Shown here: piece by piece, positions 28,619 through 38,164 of the stretch | Numbering within the stretch: position 1 is the first letter of the stretch | Layout of the letters: each line of letters opens with the position of its first letter | From: Alphaproteobacteria bacterium | GTDB lineage: Bacteria; Pseudomonadota; Alphaproteobacteria; Rs-D84 | Length of the DNA stretch: 64,000 nt | Direction of reading: 5' to 3' | Assembly: GCA_017642585.1 (NCBI GenBank) | Contig: JAGCOR010000017.1 | Span: 17,937-81,936, forward strand | Program-made: the position numbers and the translations under genes | The notes under the pieces: generated by a model | Databases searched by the model: none | Seen by the model: the letters and a program-made list of their open reading frames with translations, nothing else | Told to the model about the DNA's origin: nothing

Positions 28619-29341
28619 TTGAAAAAAATATTTTTGATTGTTTTAGCTGGGTTAATTGGGTGGGGCTGTTCAAAGCAGGACCCGATATTGCCTGGTGTTC
28701 GTCAAAATATTTTTGAAGATATCAATGTAAAATCTGAAAACAAGGAAATTCCTGAATTATCCAAAGATATAAAAAATATCTCCGGTGATTCAACATGTGA
28801 TTATCGCCAAGATTCTATGAATAATATTTGGCGTGGGGATAAAAAAGTATTTTCAGGATTTGCAACCGACAGTTTTGTGAAAAACAAACAATCCCCAATT
28901 TGTGAAGGTGGTTTCATTTATACTGGATTAACCACTGGCGAAGTAATCAAATTAAACCCATCAACGCAACAAATAGTTTGGGTGGCAGATGTTTTCCGTG
29001 CTTCAAATTTAATGGGGGGGGCATCTGTGGTTGATATAGTCGCCCATGTTGGTGTTGATAAAAATTTTGTTTATGCTGGTGGGTTGGGTGATTCGTTTTG
29101 TAAATTGAACAAATACAGCGGTGATAAGATTTGGTGTTTGAATATATCTGTGCCTGTTGATTTTATAATGGTTGATGATTACGCGTTTGTTGTTGGAACG
29201 GATAATATGTTGTATGCAATCAATACAAAATCGGGTAATGTGTATTGGAAGACAGAAATCAAGAAACAAATTAAACCTGGGTATGACGGAACAAATATAA
29301 CCGTCGGAAAACAGCGAATAAATTACAAAACAGGAAAATAA
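28619..29341 (+). CDS. Short PQQ-repeat (BamB-like) lipoprotein
   Basis: TTG start with an AGGGG RBS. Signal peptide ending GWGCS. Repeated beta-propeller-like motifs (FVYAGGLGDSFCKLNKYSGDKIW, LYAINTKSGNVYW). At 240 aa it is shorter than a canonical BamB. Confidence 0.55.
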   Translation: MKKIFLIVLAGLIGWGCSKQDPILPGVRQNIFEDINVKSENKEIPELSKDIKNISGDSTCDYRQDSMNNIWRGDKKVFSGFATDSFVKNKQSPICEGGFIYTGLTTGEVIKLNPSTQQIVWVADVFRASNLMGGASVVDIVAHVGVDKNFVYAGGLGDSFCKLNKYSGDKIWCLNISVPVDFIMVDDYAFVVGTDNMLYAINTKSGNVYWKTEIKKQIKPGYDGTNITVGKQRINYKTGK

Positions 29342-29370
29342 AAAAATACCGCCAAATTGGCGGTATTTTT
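29341..29370. terminator. Bidirectional rho-independent terminator, CCGCC/GGCGG family
   Basis: AAAAAAT-ACCGCC-aaatt-GGCGGT-ATTTTT. It sits between the convergent BamB-like gene and lpoB. Confidence 0.8.
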
Positions 29371-29383
29371 ATGATATTTTTGA

Positions 29384-29989
29384 TTACCAAGTTGGTGCGT
29401 GATCGCCTTCTTTGATAATTGGTTGTTCGTCTTCCCAAACTGACAGGCCAGATTTCAAATCTGTTAATGTCATTTGCAGATAATATTCTACACGTGTATC
29501 AACAGATGAAAACCAACCAGATTGCAGTTTCAAATTTCTTTGCAACATTTTACCAGACAAAGACATATTTGGTGCAATCAATGTGCCGGTATTGGCAATT
29601 GTTTTTTGATCATATTCTTTGTCATTACGTAATGTACGAACATTGGAAGAGGTTGTATCTTCGCCACTGTAATTTGTTGCGATTTGAGCAGAGCCTGATT
29701 TCACTAAAGTCGTTCTAATTTTTTTAGTCAAAACATCTGTGTCAAAACGTTGTGCTGTATCGTTTTTAATATTGGCGATTGCAATCACAGGATCTTTTAC
29801 TTTTTTGAAAGCGCCACTTTCAATCATAGATTTTGTCATTTTTTCCGCCGTATTGGTCCAATCGCGGTATTCCAATTCCATGACATTTTGCATGCGGGCA
29901 ACATCGCTGGAATCGTTCAGATCAACCACGCGGGTTTCAGCACATGCGCACAGTGCTAAACATACTGCACAAGGTATCAATTTTTTCAT
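29384..29989 (-). CDS. lpoB: Penicillin-binding protein activator LpoB-like lipoprotein
   Basis: Lipobox LALCAC. IAIANIKNDTAQRFDTDVLTKKIRTTLVKSG and YYLQMTLTDLKSG match the LpoB (COG3417) pattern. Confidence 0.7.
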   Translation of the reverse strand: MKKLIPCAVCLALCACAETRVVDLNDSSDVARMQNVMELEYRDWTNTAEKMTKSMIESGAFKKVKDPVIAIANIKNDTAQRFDTDVLTKKIRTTLVKSGSAQIATNYSGEDTTSSNVRTLRNDKEYDQKTIANTGTLIAPNMSLSGKMLQRNLKLQSGWFSSVDTRVEYYLQMTLTDLKSGLSVWEDEQPIIKEGDHAPTW

Positions 29990-30010
29990 GTTGTTTTTCT
30001 CCTTTTGTTT

Positions 30011-31246
30011 TTATTTCAAATTTATAAATTTTTTATCGGTTATTGTATTATGTTCACGAATATATATTAAATTATTATCTGAATTTTTCAATTTTAATTT
30101 TATATCGTCATCTATGAAATCGTTTTGTGTAATATTTTGTTTTGTTCTGTCAATGCGTTGAACATATATGTTCTTTGGCAAAGTTGCCCAGGTGCGAACA
30201 TCTGTGTTGGAAGATGTCGCAGTATAAACCGTTGATAACAGCCCCAACAAAGAGGCGGAATCACTGTGTGAATTATACATTGTCGCCTGCATTGCGGTTT
30301 TAGATATCGCAGATGTGTATGAACGTAAGATCTCATTTGTTCTGTATTCGTTGTATTCAGTTAAAAACATTTTATCAACATCTGCCAATAATTGTGAATT
30401 GGGTGGGGTGGGGGTTGATTGGTCGAAATAAGGTTCTGAAAAACTGAAATAAACCAGACCAATTTTTGGAACATAAAAACTGAAATCTTTTTCTTGTAGA
30501 CGTGGGGCAAATCCAGATTCATAAAAAACCCAAGTCGTGTTTTTTGGCTTTTTATGTTGTTGTGCCAATTTTAAATCTGTTTGTATAAAAGTATTATTCC
30601 CCATCATACCATTTGCGCGTTTAAGATAAATTTCGGCATTTTCAAAATCGCCATCGTTCAAAAAATAAATTCCAGATAAATACATTAATGCCGGATTCAT
30701 GATATCTGTGAATGCGGCCCAATCATTTTGATTTTTATCTAATATTTCCTGTAATTGAGAGTTTTTAGATAATTTGTCTTTGTTTTCTTCTATTAACTTT
30801 TTATATTCAATCGACATATTTTGTTGGCGATTATAAGATTGATTTATAACGACGCGAACATTCGACCAATCTTGCAGTGCCAACAAATTCCAAATTTGAT
30901 AATAAGATACAAACAAAGAATCCATCATGTATGGTTTATATGAATTGACCCCATTACCAAACAACAAACCAGATGTTTCGCGCAGGATAGACGAAGAGGT
31001 TTCGTGTAAATTTCTTTTGTTAAATTCTTCAAATGCCGCATCACTTTCGCTGAATTTATTTTCATGGAACAGGGCAGTTGCATCAATTAATAAATCAAGA
31101 TTATTTTCATTTTTTATATCTTTATCTTTGGTAACCGTTTCAAAATCGCCGTGTGAAAAACTTTTTTGAACATCATCCAGATGTGATTTTGTAACAGATG
31201 CACATCCTGATAACAGCAAACACAAAGTGATAAATTTGACGAACAT
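30011..31246 (-). CDS. COG3014-like lipoprotein, the usual partner of LpoB
   Basis: Lipobox LLLSGCAS. YKPYMMDSLFVSYYQIWNLLALQDWSNVRVVINQSYNRQQ resembles the conserved COG3014 core. Confidence 0.5.
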   Translation of the reverse strand: MFVKFITLCLLLSGCASVTKSHLDDVQKSFSHGDFETVTKDKDIKNENNLDLLIDATALFHENKFSESDAAFEEFNKRNLHETSSSILRETSGLLFGNGVNSYKPYMMDSLFVSYYQIWNLLALQDWSNVRVVINQSYNRQQNMSIEYKKLIEENKDKLSKNSQLQEILDKNQNDWAAFTDIMNPALMYLSGIYFLNDGDFENAEIYLKRANGMMGNNTFIQTDLKLAQQHKKPKNTTWVFYESGFAPRLQEKDFSFYVPKIGLVYFSFSEPYFDQSTPTPPNSQLLADVDKMFLTEYNEYRTNEILRSYTSAISKTAMQATMYNSHSDSASLLGLLSTVYTATSSNTDVRTWATLPKNIYVQRIDRTKQNITQNDFIDDDIKLKLKNSDNNLIYIREHNTITDKKFINLK

Positions 31247-31254
31247 ATAAAATC

Positions 31255-33516
31255 CTATTTCAAAGGTTCCAAAATTTTAATTTCTTTGGTTTGTGGATTA
31301 TATATTTTTGGAACGCCATCATATCCCATAACTGCATGGTGAGAAGGAATCAAGAATTCAGGCAATGGGGACGCTTCACCCATAAGTGCTTTGGCGTGTA
31401 ATTTTTTCTGAACTTCGTTTGAATTGAGTATATGGAATTCTTGTTCCGCTTCTATTGGGCGGTGATACCAACCTTGATATAAGATCAACTGTTTTCCTTT
31501 TTCGATTTTCATAATGTCGTATGGTGAATATAATGGGGATTCTTTTGTTTCTTCGACTTCTTTGCCGTCTTTGTCTTTCTTCTTTTCTTTCTTCTTTTCC
31601 ATACCAATCATTTCAGAAAACTTTTTCGCGGTTTCAAAATCGTTTTGACGCAAAACAACTTTTGCTGCGGTTGTGGAAATAATTGTAGCGGCCGCATCTG
31701 CACCATATCTTTCTTGAATCTGGTGAATATCCTGGCCAATAATTAAATAGGATACTTTGCATCCACGTCCTAAATCTGGACCTTGGATAACCGCGTCCAA
31801 TTTTTGCATTTTTGGCATTTCATCCAAAGCAAACAACACAGGGTATGGCCCAACTTTTTTGCCATCAACGATTGTGCCCGGGGTGTGTGCCAATAAATAA
31901 TTAGACATCAATTCAATAAATATAGCGGTAATTGGGTTGACCGCTTGGGCATCAACCAGGTTCACAGACAAATAAACACTGACAGGTTTAACCTTGCCGT
32001 CCCTTGGGTCTTTCAATCCGCGTAAATCTTCAAAGTGGAAATCAGAATGGCTGGTTCTGTTGCGAACAGCGGCATTACGGAATATTGCCAAACCTTCGAT
32101 CATTGTTGATAAAATAGATCCACGTTCTTTATCTGGGGTATTTGCTAATTGGGTTAATTCAGATACAGAACGGCTGGCGTATGCGTAACGACGTGCTTCG
32201 TCCACGGCGCCCAATAACAAATCTTTCATTGGATCTGCCATCATAACCATTTGATCGCCTTGCTTTCTGCGTTCGGCCATTTGTTCTGCGATTGCAACCT
32301 GGCTGGTGGTAATCCAATCAAGAATCATAGATAAAGATGCCTCTTTGCCACGCCATGAATCTGGGATGTGTTCCCATGTTCCAACGTGCACATAATTCAT
32401 CGCATTTAATTCGCCGTTCTTTAACAGGGAATAGGCCGCATACGCATTTGGATCATTTATCATAGATAAATAATAATCACCCAACACATTGGCATCATCC
32501 GTATTAAAGGTTCCATTGTTTATACGTGCAAAGAAATAATCATCTGCTTTGGCACGTTCTACTTTGGATACAATAAAGTTAATAAGACCAGACAGCCCCG
32601 CACGTCCTGTGTTTGCCCAGTGGGGATCTTGGACGCTGTCTTTGACTAAAACCTTGCTGATTGCGTCGATATACAAATCACGTTGTTCGGGTGCAAAAGG
32701 AACATGTTCTGGCGATAAAGGATTCCATGATGGGTAATAAATACCTTTTTCTGGTTCATCCTGACCCGCCCAATTCAGAATAAATACATGACTGACCGTC
32801 GCACGATACCCAGAAGTAACCTGTTTCAATTCTGGTTTAGGATCGTTTATAATCATAGAAACACTATCACAATCTAAAATTGTTGGAATAATAACCCCCT
32901 GGGTTTTACCGGTTCCCGGAGGCGCCAAACACAAAGCAGACAAAGGTTCGTCAAACATTAATGGAGTTAATTTTCCTTTGTATTTAAAATACCCCAACAC
33001 CATCATGAAGCCTTTGAACAAACCTTCCTTGTTTTTGAAATCAGAAGCCATTTTTTTAATATCATCTGCGGTTGCTTTACGGGCAGATGTTTTATCAAAA
33101 GTATCTTTACCCGCAGGGTTAAATTCAAGTTTCACAGAATCATCAACCAAGAAGAAATATGCAATAAGTGGTATAATAGGTAATATACATGGATAATCAG
33201 GATGAGATAATATGCGGGTCAGCCAAAATGGTATTTCAGCGATAACCGATAAACCACCCGTCAGGGCAGCATTTCTTAAAAATATCAAAGACCAATGTTC
33301 TGTGGCGGGGCCCCAACCATAGCGCCATATATGTTCCGCAATGAAAGATAAACCAAACATCAACGCGCACAACAACCAAATCAACACAGACCAACGTATA
33401 TTCCAGAAATCACGTGCAACGGGCAGTTGCTCGTGTTCTTTATATGCTGCTGAATCAAAGATTTTTAAACCTTTGCCAGAACCAGATAAAGAGAAAATGT
33501 TGAACTTTGTTGCCAT
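31255..33516 (-). CDS. Type IV secretion coupling protein (VirD4/TraG/TraD family ATPase)
   Basis: N-terminal TM helices. Walker A LAPPGTGKTQGVIIPT and Walker B-like VLFALDEMPKM, plus LIIGQDIHQIQERYG. K/E-rich insert EKKKEKKKDKDGKEVEETKE. The start is either 33516, which lies 7 nt after a TGATATAAT motif, or 33555. Confidence 0.8.
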   Translation of the reverse strand: MATKFNIFSLSGSGKGLKIFDSAAYKEHEQLPVARDFWNIRWSVLIWLLCALMFGLSFIAEHIWRYGWGPATEHWSLIFLRNAALTGGLSVIAEIPFWLTRILSHPDYPCILPIIPLIAYFFLVDDSVKLEFNPAGKDTFDKTSARKATADDIKKMASDFKNKEGLFKGFMMVLGYFKYKGKLTPLMFDEPLSALCLAPPGTGKTQGVIIPTILDCDSVSMIINDPKPELKQVTSGYRATVSHVFILNWAGQDEPEKGIYYPSWNPLSPEHVPFAPEQRDLYIDAISKVLVKDSVQDPHWANTGRAGLSGLINFIVSKVERAKADDYFFARINNGTFNTDDANVLGDYYLSMINDPNAYAAYSLLKNGELNAMNYVHVGTWEHIPDSWRGKEASLSMILDWITTSQVAIAEQMAERRKQGDQMVMMADPMKDLLLGAVDEARRYAYASRSVSELTQLANTPDKERGSILSTMIEGLAIFRNAAVRNRTSHSDFHFEDLRGLKDPRDGKVKPVSVYLSVNLVDAQAVNPITAIFIELMSNYLLAHTPGTIVDGKKVGPYPVLFALDEMPKMQKLDAVIQGPDLGRGCKVSYLIIGQDIHQIQERYGADAAATIISTTAAKVVLRQNDFETAKKFSEMIGMEKKKEKKKDKDGKEVEETKESPLYSPYDIMKIEKGKQLILYQGWYHRPIEAEQEFHILNSNEVQKKLHAKALMGEASPLPEFLIPSHHAVMGYDGVPKIYNPQTKEIKILEPLK

Positions 33517-33523
33517 GCCTGAT

Positions 33524-33538
33524 ATTATATCATAAAAA
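33524..33538 (-). promoter_or_regulatory. Extended -10 promoter motif, exact TTTTTATGATATAAT
   Basis: Minus-strand exact copy. The TATAAT ends 7 nt before the ATG at 33516 of the coupling-protein gene, which suggests a possible leaderless transcript. Confidence 0.45.
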
Positions 33539-33569
33539 GAAACCTTTTTATACATAAAGATTTAAAAAA

Positions 33570-34229
33570 ATGCAAAATATACCAAGAATATTTATAAATG
33601 AAAATTTAGAAACTGGAAAATCTGTATCCATAGATAAAGATATTGTTCATTATTTGCGCCGTGTAATGCGCCGGGATGATTGTTTGGTATTTAATAATGG
33701 TGTTGAATATAATGCTTCGCTGTCAGCTGATAATAAATATATGATAATAGGGGACAAAACAGATCATAATGACCCCAGTAATGATGTTACCCTGTATTTT
33801 GCCCCAATAAAAAAGATGGAAGAATTATTGAATATGGCAACCCAAATGGGGGTGGGGGCTTTGCAGCCTGTGATAACCAAACGCACTGTGGCTGGACATA
33901 TAAATTGGACCAGAATGCAAAAGATTATTATTGAAGCATGCGAACAATCAAACCGAAACAGTGTTCCAAAATTATTGGCACCAATAAAGTTCCAAGATTT
34001 AGATTTTAAAGGTTTAATTGTTGCAGATGAACGTTATGCACATGGCAAAGAATTAAAAACAAATAAATATGTGGCAAATAAAGTCTTCATAGGTCCAGAA
34101 GGTGGTTTTGCCCCAGAAGAATTTGATGTAATGGATAAAAGCGGGGTCGTGGGTATATCTTTGGGTAAAACAGTATTAAGGGCGGAAACCGCGGGGGTTG
34201 TTGCGTTGGCAAAGGTGTTAAATATATGA
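33570..34229 (+). CDS. rsmE: 16S rRNA (uracil1498-N3)-methyltransferase RsmE
   Basis: 219 aa. N-terminal PUA-like region (RIFINENL...HYLRRVMR) and the C-terminal GPEGGFAPEE motif. Confidence 0.85.
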   Translation: MQNIPRIFINENLETGKSVSIDKDIVHYLRRVMRRDDCLVFNNGVEYNASLSADNKYMIIGDKTDHNDPSNDVTLYFAPIKKMEELLNMATQMGVGALQPVITKRTVAGHINWTRMQKIIIEACEQSNRNSVPKLLAPIKFQDLDFKGLIVADERYAHGKELKTNKYVANKVFIGPEGGFAPEEFDVMDKSGVVGISLGKTVLRAETAGVVALAKVLNI

Positions 34230-34924
34230 AAACACGGTTAGCAAAATACATATCGACAAGTGGAATAGCATCCAGAAGACAGGCAGAAGAATTGATAAAT
34301 TCTGGGGCGGTATCTGTTAATGGTATGGTTGTTAATACACCTGTATTTTTTGTAGATGAAAATGACACAGTTTCTGTTTCGGGACATGAAATAACACCAG
34401 AACAAGACATTAAATTATATATGTTTAATAAGCCAATAAATACAATGACGACAACTGTGGACCCCGAACACAGAAAGACAATATATGATGTTTTGGATAA
34501 AAAATATAAAAATTTGAAATATATTGGCAGGTTAGATTTTAAAACTACGGGTTTATTGTTGTTGACTAATAATGGGGATCTGGCCCGCAAAATGTCTTTG
34601 CCACAAAACCATATTCCAAGAACATATATCGCGACCGTCAATAAACATAATGAACAAAATTTAGATGTAGCACGCAAAGGTGTTGTGGTCGATGGAATAA
34701 AATACAGACCTATGGATATCCAGGTTATAGATAAACATAATTTACGCGTTACGGTTACAGAGGGTAAAAAGAACGAAATTAGAATCGTATTAAAACATAT
34801 TGGGTGTCCTGTGGTCGCTTTGCACAGAATAAAATACGGTATTATAGATTTAGGAAAATTGCGTTCAGGTGAAATTTTAGAAATAGATAAGAAAACAATT
34901 GACCTGGTTTTAAAAAATCTTTAA
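34226..34924 (+). CDS. RsuA/RluB-family rRNA pseudouridine synthase
   Basis: S4 domain (RLAKYISTSGIASRRQAEELI) and catalytic GRLDFKTTGLLLLTNNG. Its ATG overlaps the rsmE stop. Confidence 0.88.
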   Translation: MKTRLAKYISTSGIASRRQAEELINSGAVSVNGMVVNTPVFFVDENDTVSVSGHEITPEQDIKLYMFNKPINTMTTTVDPEHRKTIYDVLDKKYKNLKYIGRLDFKTTGLLLLTNNGDLARKMSLPQNHIPRTYIATVNKHNEQNLDVARKGVVVDGIKYRPMDIQVIDKHNLRVTVTEGKKNEIRIVLKHIGCPVVALHRIKYGIIDLGKLRSGEILEIDKKTIDLVLKNL

Positions 34925-34954
34925 AATCACAATAACAGGGAGAGGGAGTTTCAC

Positions 34955-35938
34955 ATGAGAAAAAGTAAAACTTTAAGAAGAAAGGCCGTAAAACCGGTTG
35001 TTGCAGAAGAAAAATGCTGTGGCGCAACCAGTGTTTGGTCATGGACTATATATGTATATTGGTTCATAATTTTGTTCTTTATTGCATCTACATTTTATAT
35101 ATTGGGCCGCAGTCATGAATTTTTACATCCTGCACGTCCACGTGTAGTTATTGCTGAACAGTTTGTCCCTACACACGAAGAACCTTTGATGCAAGCACGT
35201 GATTATGTGGATATGGCTAAAACAAAATTAAAGGAAGGCAATATCGAAGATGCGATTGCTGATTTGAATACAGCCATAGAATCAGATCCTGCTTCTGATA
35301 CTTATACAATGCGCGGGGAAGCATACATGCAATTGGGTAACTATCAACAGGCTTTAAATGATTTTGATATAGCAGTTGAAAAAGATGGTTTAAATGCAAT
35401 GGCATTTTATGACAGATCTTTGTTAAATACACGTTTGGAAAATTACGAAGCCGCATTAAGTGATGTTAATAATGCGTTGGCATCTCAATCTATGAAACCA
35501 CGTGAAGGATTAAATTTGCGTGATTTGTATGCCAAACGTGGCCAGTTGAATTTGTGGTTGAAAAACTGGCAGGGTGCAATTGCAGATTATACAAATTCTT
35601 TGGCAAGAACCGAAGGAAAGATATCTGCAGGGGTGTATGCAGAACGTGCAGAAGCATATACTGCGTTGGGTGAATTGGAAAATGCAATCAGCGATTATAC
35701 ATCTGCTGTACGTATCATTTCCGAACAAATTCAGGCTGCGCCAACCCAGGAAGAACGCGAATCTCAATCCAGCAACGCAATGGCTTATTTCGAAAAATCT
35801 GCCGCGTTGAATTTGAAGTTGGGTAATATCCAAACAGCTAAAAGCGATTTGGAATCTGCGTTCGCTATATCTGTTGCAATAAGTGATGATGAAAGCACAG
35901 AAAGAATCCAAAATCTTATAAATGGTTTGAACGAATAA
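34955..35938 (+). CDS. Membrane-anchored TPR-repeat protein
   Basis: One N-terminal TM, then several 34-aa TPR-like units (AIADLNTAIESDP, ALNDFDIAVEKDG, AIADYTNSLAR, AISDYTSAVRI). Confidence 0.7.
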   Translation: MRKSKTLRRKAVKPVVAEEKCCGATSVWSWTIYVYWFIILFFIASTFYILGRSHEFLHPARPRVVIAEQFVPTHEEPLMQARDYVDMAKTKLKEGNIEDAIADLNTAIESDPASDTYTMRGEAYMQLGNYQQALNDFDIAVEKDGLNAMAFYDRSLLNTRLENYEAALSDVNNALASQSMKPREGLNLRDLYAKRGQLNLWLKNWQGAIADYTNSLARTEGKISAGVYAERAEAYTALGELENAISDYTSAVRIISEQIQAAPTQEERESQSSNAMAYFEKSAALNLKLGNIQTAKSDLESAFAISVAISDDESTERIQNLINGLNE

Positions 35939-35969
35939 AAAAAATCCGCCAAATCGGCGGATTTTTTTT
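35937..35969 (+). terminator. Rho-independent terminator, CCGCC/GGCGG family
   Basis: AAAAAAAAT-CCGCC-aaatc-GGCGG-ATTTTTTTT, after the TPR protein gene. Confidence 0.8.
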
Positions 35970-36071
35970 GACTTTTATTTTTTATAGTATTAAAATACAT
36001 AACATGTTTAAGAAATTATTTATTTTTTCAACCACTTTGACTACAACCCCTTTGGGGGTATAGGTTTTCAT

Positions 36072-36100
36072 TTGCACAAATTTTTCGTGCGTATTATAAT
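36072..36100 (+). promoter_or_regulatory. Sigma70-type promoter upstream of thrS
   Basis: TTGCAC, a 17-nt spacer, then TATAAT. It lies 54 nt upstream of the thrS ATG. Confidence 0.5.
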
Positions 36101-36154
36101 AAACAAACAATTTCAATAAGAACAAAAATAAATAAAACAAAAAAGGTAATTATT

Positions 36155-37888
36155 ATGTCTTATCCAATAGAAATAATACGTCATTCATTGGCTCATGTGA
36201 TGGCGGCTGCAGTTCAAAAATTATATCCAGATGTAAAATTTGCTGGTGGTCCAGCCATTGAAAATGGGTTCTATTATGATTTTGATACTGAACACCGTTT
36301 CAGTGAAGAAGATTTCGCTGCAATTGAAAAAGAAATGAAATCTTTGATTAAATCTGATGGTCGCTTTGATAGACGTGAAATATCATTAGAAGAAGCAAAA
36401 GAAATATTCAAAGACCAACCTTATAAAATGGAATGGTTGAACGAATATGATGCAAATGGCGAAGTGTTGTCTATCTATTCTTTCCGTGATTTCACAGATT
36501 TGTGCCGTGGACCACACGTGGAATCTTCCAAAGATTTGCCAAAAGACGGTTTCAAAATAAGAAACGTTGCAGGTGCATATTGGAAGGGTGATTCTAAAAA
36601 TAAAATGTTACAACGTATTTATGTTGATGCATTTGAAGATGGTGAAAAATTGGCTGAATTTTTGAAAATGCAGGAAGAAGCCGCACAACGCGATAATCGT
36701 AAATTGGGTAAAGATATGGATTTGTTCCATTTCGAACCTGAATTTGCCCCAGGTGCAGTATTTTGGCACGATAAAGGTTATAGAATTTATCGTAAATTGA
36801 TAGATTATATCCGTATGCGTCAAGAACATTCTGGTTATCAGGAAATTTCTACACCATCTGTTATGGACAGATGTTTGTGGGAAAAATCTGGTCACTGGGC
36901 AAAATATGGTGCACACAATTATTCAGGTACAACACAAGATGGCAAGGTTTTCTGTGTTAAACCTATGTCTTGTCCTGGTGGTATGTTAGTATTCGGTCAG
37001 GGATTAAAATCTTACAAAGATTTGCCATTGTATTTGGCTGAATTTGGTAAGGTCAATCGCTATGAAGCAGCGGGTGCATTGGCCGGATTGATGCGTGTAC
37101 GTGAATTTACTCAAGATGATGCACATATTTTCTGCACAGAAGATCAATTAGAAGATGAAGTTGTTAAAGTGTTGCGTTTTATCAAAGATATTTATGCAAA
37201 ATTTGGATTTGAAAAAATCGCAATGAAATTGGCTACACGTCCATTATCTGAATTCCGTATCGGTTCCGATGAAATTTGGGACAAAGCCGAAGGTGCATTA
37301 CAACATGCATTGGATGTTAACAATATTGAATACGAAATTGCAGAAAATGACGCCGCCTTTTATGGACCAAAAATCGATATTTATTTAAGAGATTCTATGG
37401 GCCGTATTTGGCAATGTGGTACAGTTCAATTGGATATGAATTTGCCAGAACGTTTCGATTTGTCTTATATCGGTGAAGATGGCGAAAAGCATCGTCCAAT
37501 TATGTTGCACCGTGCGTTGTTGGGATCTATTGAAAGATTTATGGGTATTTTATTAGAATCTACGGGCGGTATGTTACCTTTGTGGTTATCACCAGAACCT
37601 GTGGTCGTAGTACCTGTATCTGAAAAGTTCAAAGATTACGCAAATGAAGTTGTCGCAAGTTTGCGTCAAGAAAACATTTTCGCACGTGCTGATTTGCGTG
37701 ATGAAAAAGTTAATTACAAGGTTCGTGAATTATCTTTGTGCAAGACACCGATTATTGCGGTTGTCGGTGAAAAAGAAATGAACGACAAATCTGTAACTTT
37801 GCGTTATATCGGCAAAGAAGGTCAAGAAGTCAAATCTTTGGCTGAATTTGTTGAATACATGAAGAACGCGGTTAAATTACCTATGTAA
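36155..37888 (+). CDS. thrS: Threonine--tRNA ligase lacking the N-terminal TGS domain
   Basis: 577 aa. It starts directly at the editing-domain motif RHSLAHVMAAAV..GPAIENGFYYDFD. The class II core (FRDFTDLCRGPH, RVREFTQDDAHIF, GTVQLD) and the anticodon-binding domain are both present. Confidence 0.92.
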   Translation: MSYPIEIIRHSLAHVMAAAVQKLYPDVKFAGGPAIENGFYYDFDTEHRFSEEDFAAIEKEMKSLIKSDGRFDRREISLEEAKEIFKDQPYKMEWLNEYDANGEVLSIYSFRDFTDLCRGPHVESSKDLPKDGFKIRNVAGAYWKGDSKNKMLQRIYVDAFEDGEKLAEFLKMQEEAAQRDNRKLGKDMDLFHFEPEFAPGAVFWHDKGYRIYRKLIDYIRMRQEHSGYQEISTPSVMDRCLWEKSGHWAKYGAHNYSGTTQDGKVFCVKPMSCPGGMLVFGQGLKSYKDLPLYLAEFGKVNRYEAAGALAGLMRVREFTQDDAHIFCTEDQLEDEVVKVLRFIKDIYAKFGFEKIAMKLATRPLSEFRIGSDEIWDKAEGALQHALDVNNIEYEIAENDAAFYGPKIDIYLRDSMGRIWQCGTVQLDMNLPERFDLSYIGEDGEKHRPIMLHRALLGSIERFMGILLESTGGMLPLWLSPEPVVVVPVSEKFKDYANEVVASLRQENIFARADLRDEKVNYKVRELSLCKTPIIAVVGEKEMNDKSVTLRYIGKEGQEVKSLAEFVEYMKNAVKLPM

Positions 37889-37895
37889 TAAATGT

Positions 37896-37924
37896 GGGGT
37901 GCAGTTTTGCACCCCCTTGTTTTT
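37896..37924 (+). terminator. Hairpin plus T-rich tract after thrS (terminator or attenuator)
   Basis: GGGGTGCA-gttt-TGCACCCC followed by CTTGTTTTT. The small lipoprotein gene starts 19 nt later. Confidence 0.5.
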
Positions 37925-37942
37925 AATGAAAGGACGGAAAAT

Positions 37943-38086
37943 ATGAAAAAAATCGCAATATTGTTAGCTCTGTGTTCGTTGGTTGGTTTTATATCAGGTT
38001 GTGCATGTAAATGTGAAAACGAACCAATTGTAGAATCAAATCAAAAATTGATAGTTCCACCCAACTTTGGAAATATGCCAAAATAA
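37943..38086 (+). CDS. Small lipoprotein (47 aa)
   Basis: MKKIAILLALCSLVGFISGCAC has the lipobox ISGC. AAAGGA RBS. I used the internal ATG of the track ORF 37892..38086. Confidence 0.6.
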   Translation: MKKIAILLALCSLVGFISGCACKCENEPIVESNQKLIVPPNFGNMPK

Positions 38087-38114
38087 TTTTAAACGATTTC
38101 TTTGTTATGTCTGT

Positions 38115-38129
38115 TTTTTATGATATAAT
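38115..38129 (+). promoter_or_regulatory. Extended -10 promoter motif, exact TTTTTATGATATAAT
   Basis: Exact copy 35 nt upstream of the SPOR-protein ATG. Confidence 0.5.
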
Positions 38130-38164
38130 AGATCTATAACTATATGTGAAATGGGAGGCTACTT

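Noticed and set aside
34087-34677. 196-aa minus-strand ORF overlapping rsmE and the pseudouridine synthase gene.
   Set aside because: It is antisense to two genes with clear family motifs (GPEGGF, the S4 domain, GRLDFKTTG). Its translation has no recognisable features and looks like an AT-rich stop-poor frame artefact.
35970-36154. The 185-bp region upstream of thrS as a possible remnant of the missing TGS domain, a leader-peptide or operator-type regulatory RNA, or an sRNA.
   Set aside because: In-frame translation shows no TGS similarity. The only structures seen are a short CCCC-ttt-GGGG hairpin and a good TTGCAC-17-TATAAT promoter. This is not enough evidence for a structured leader.
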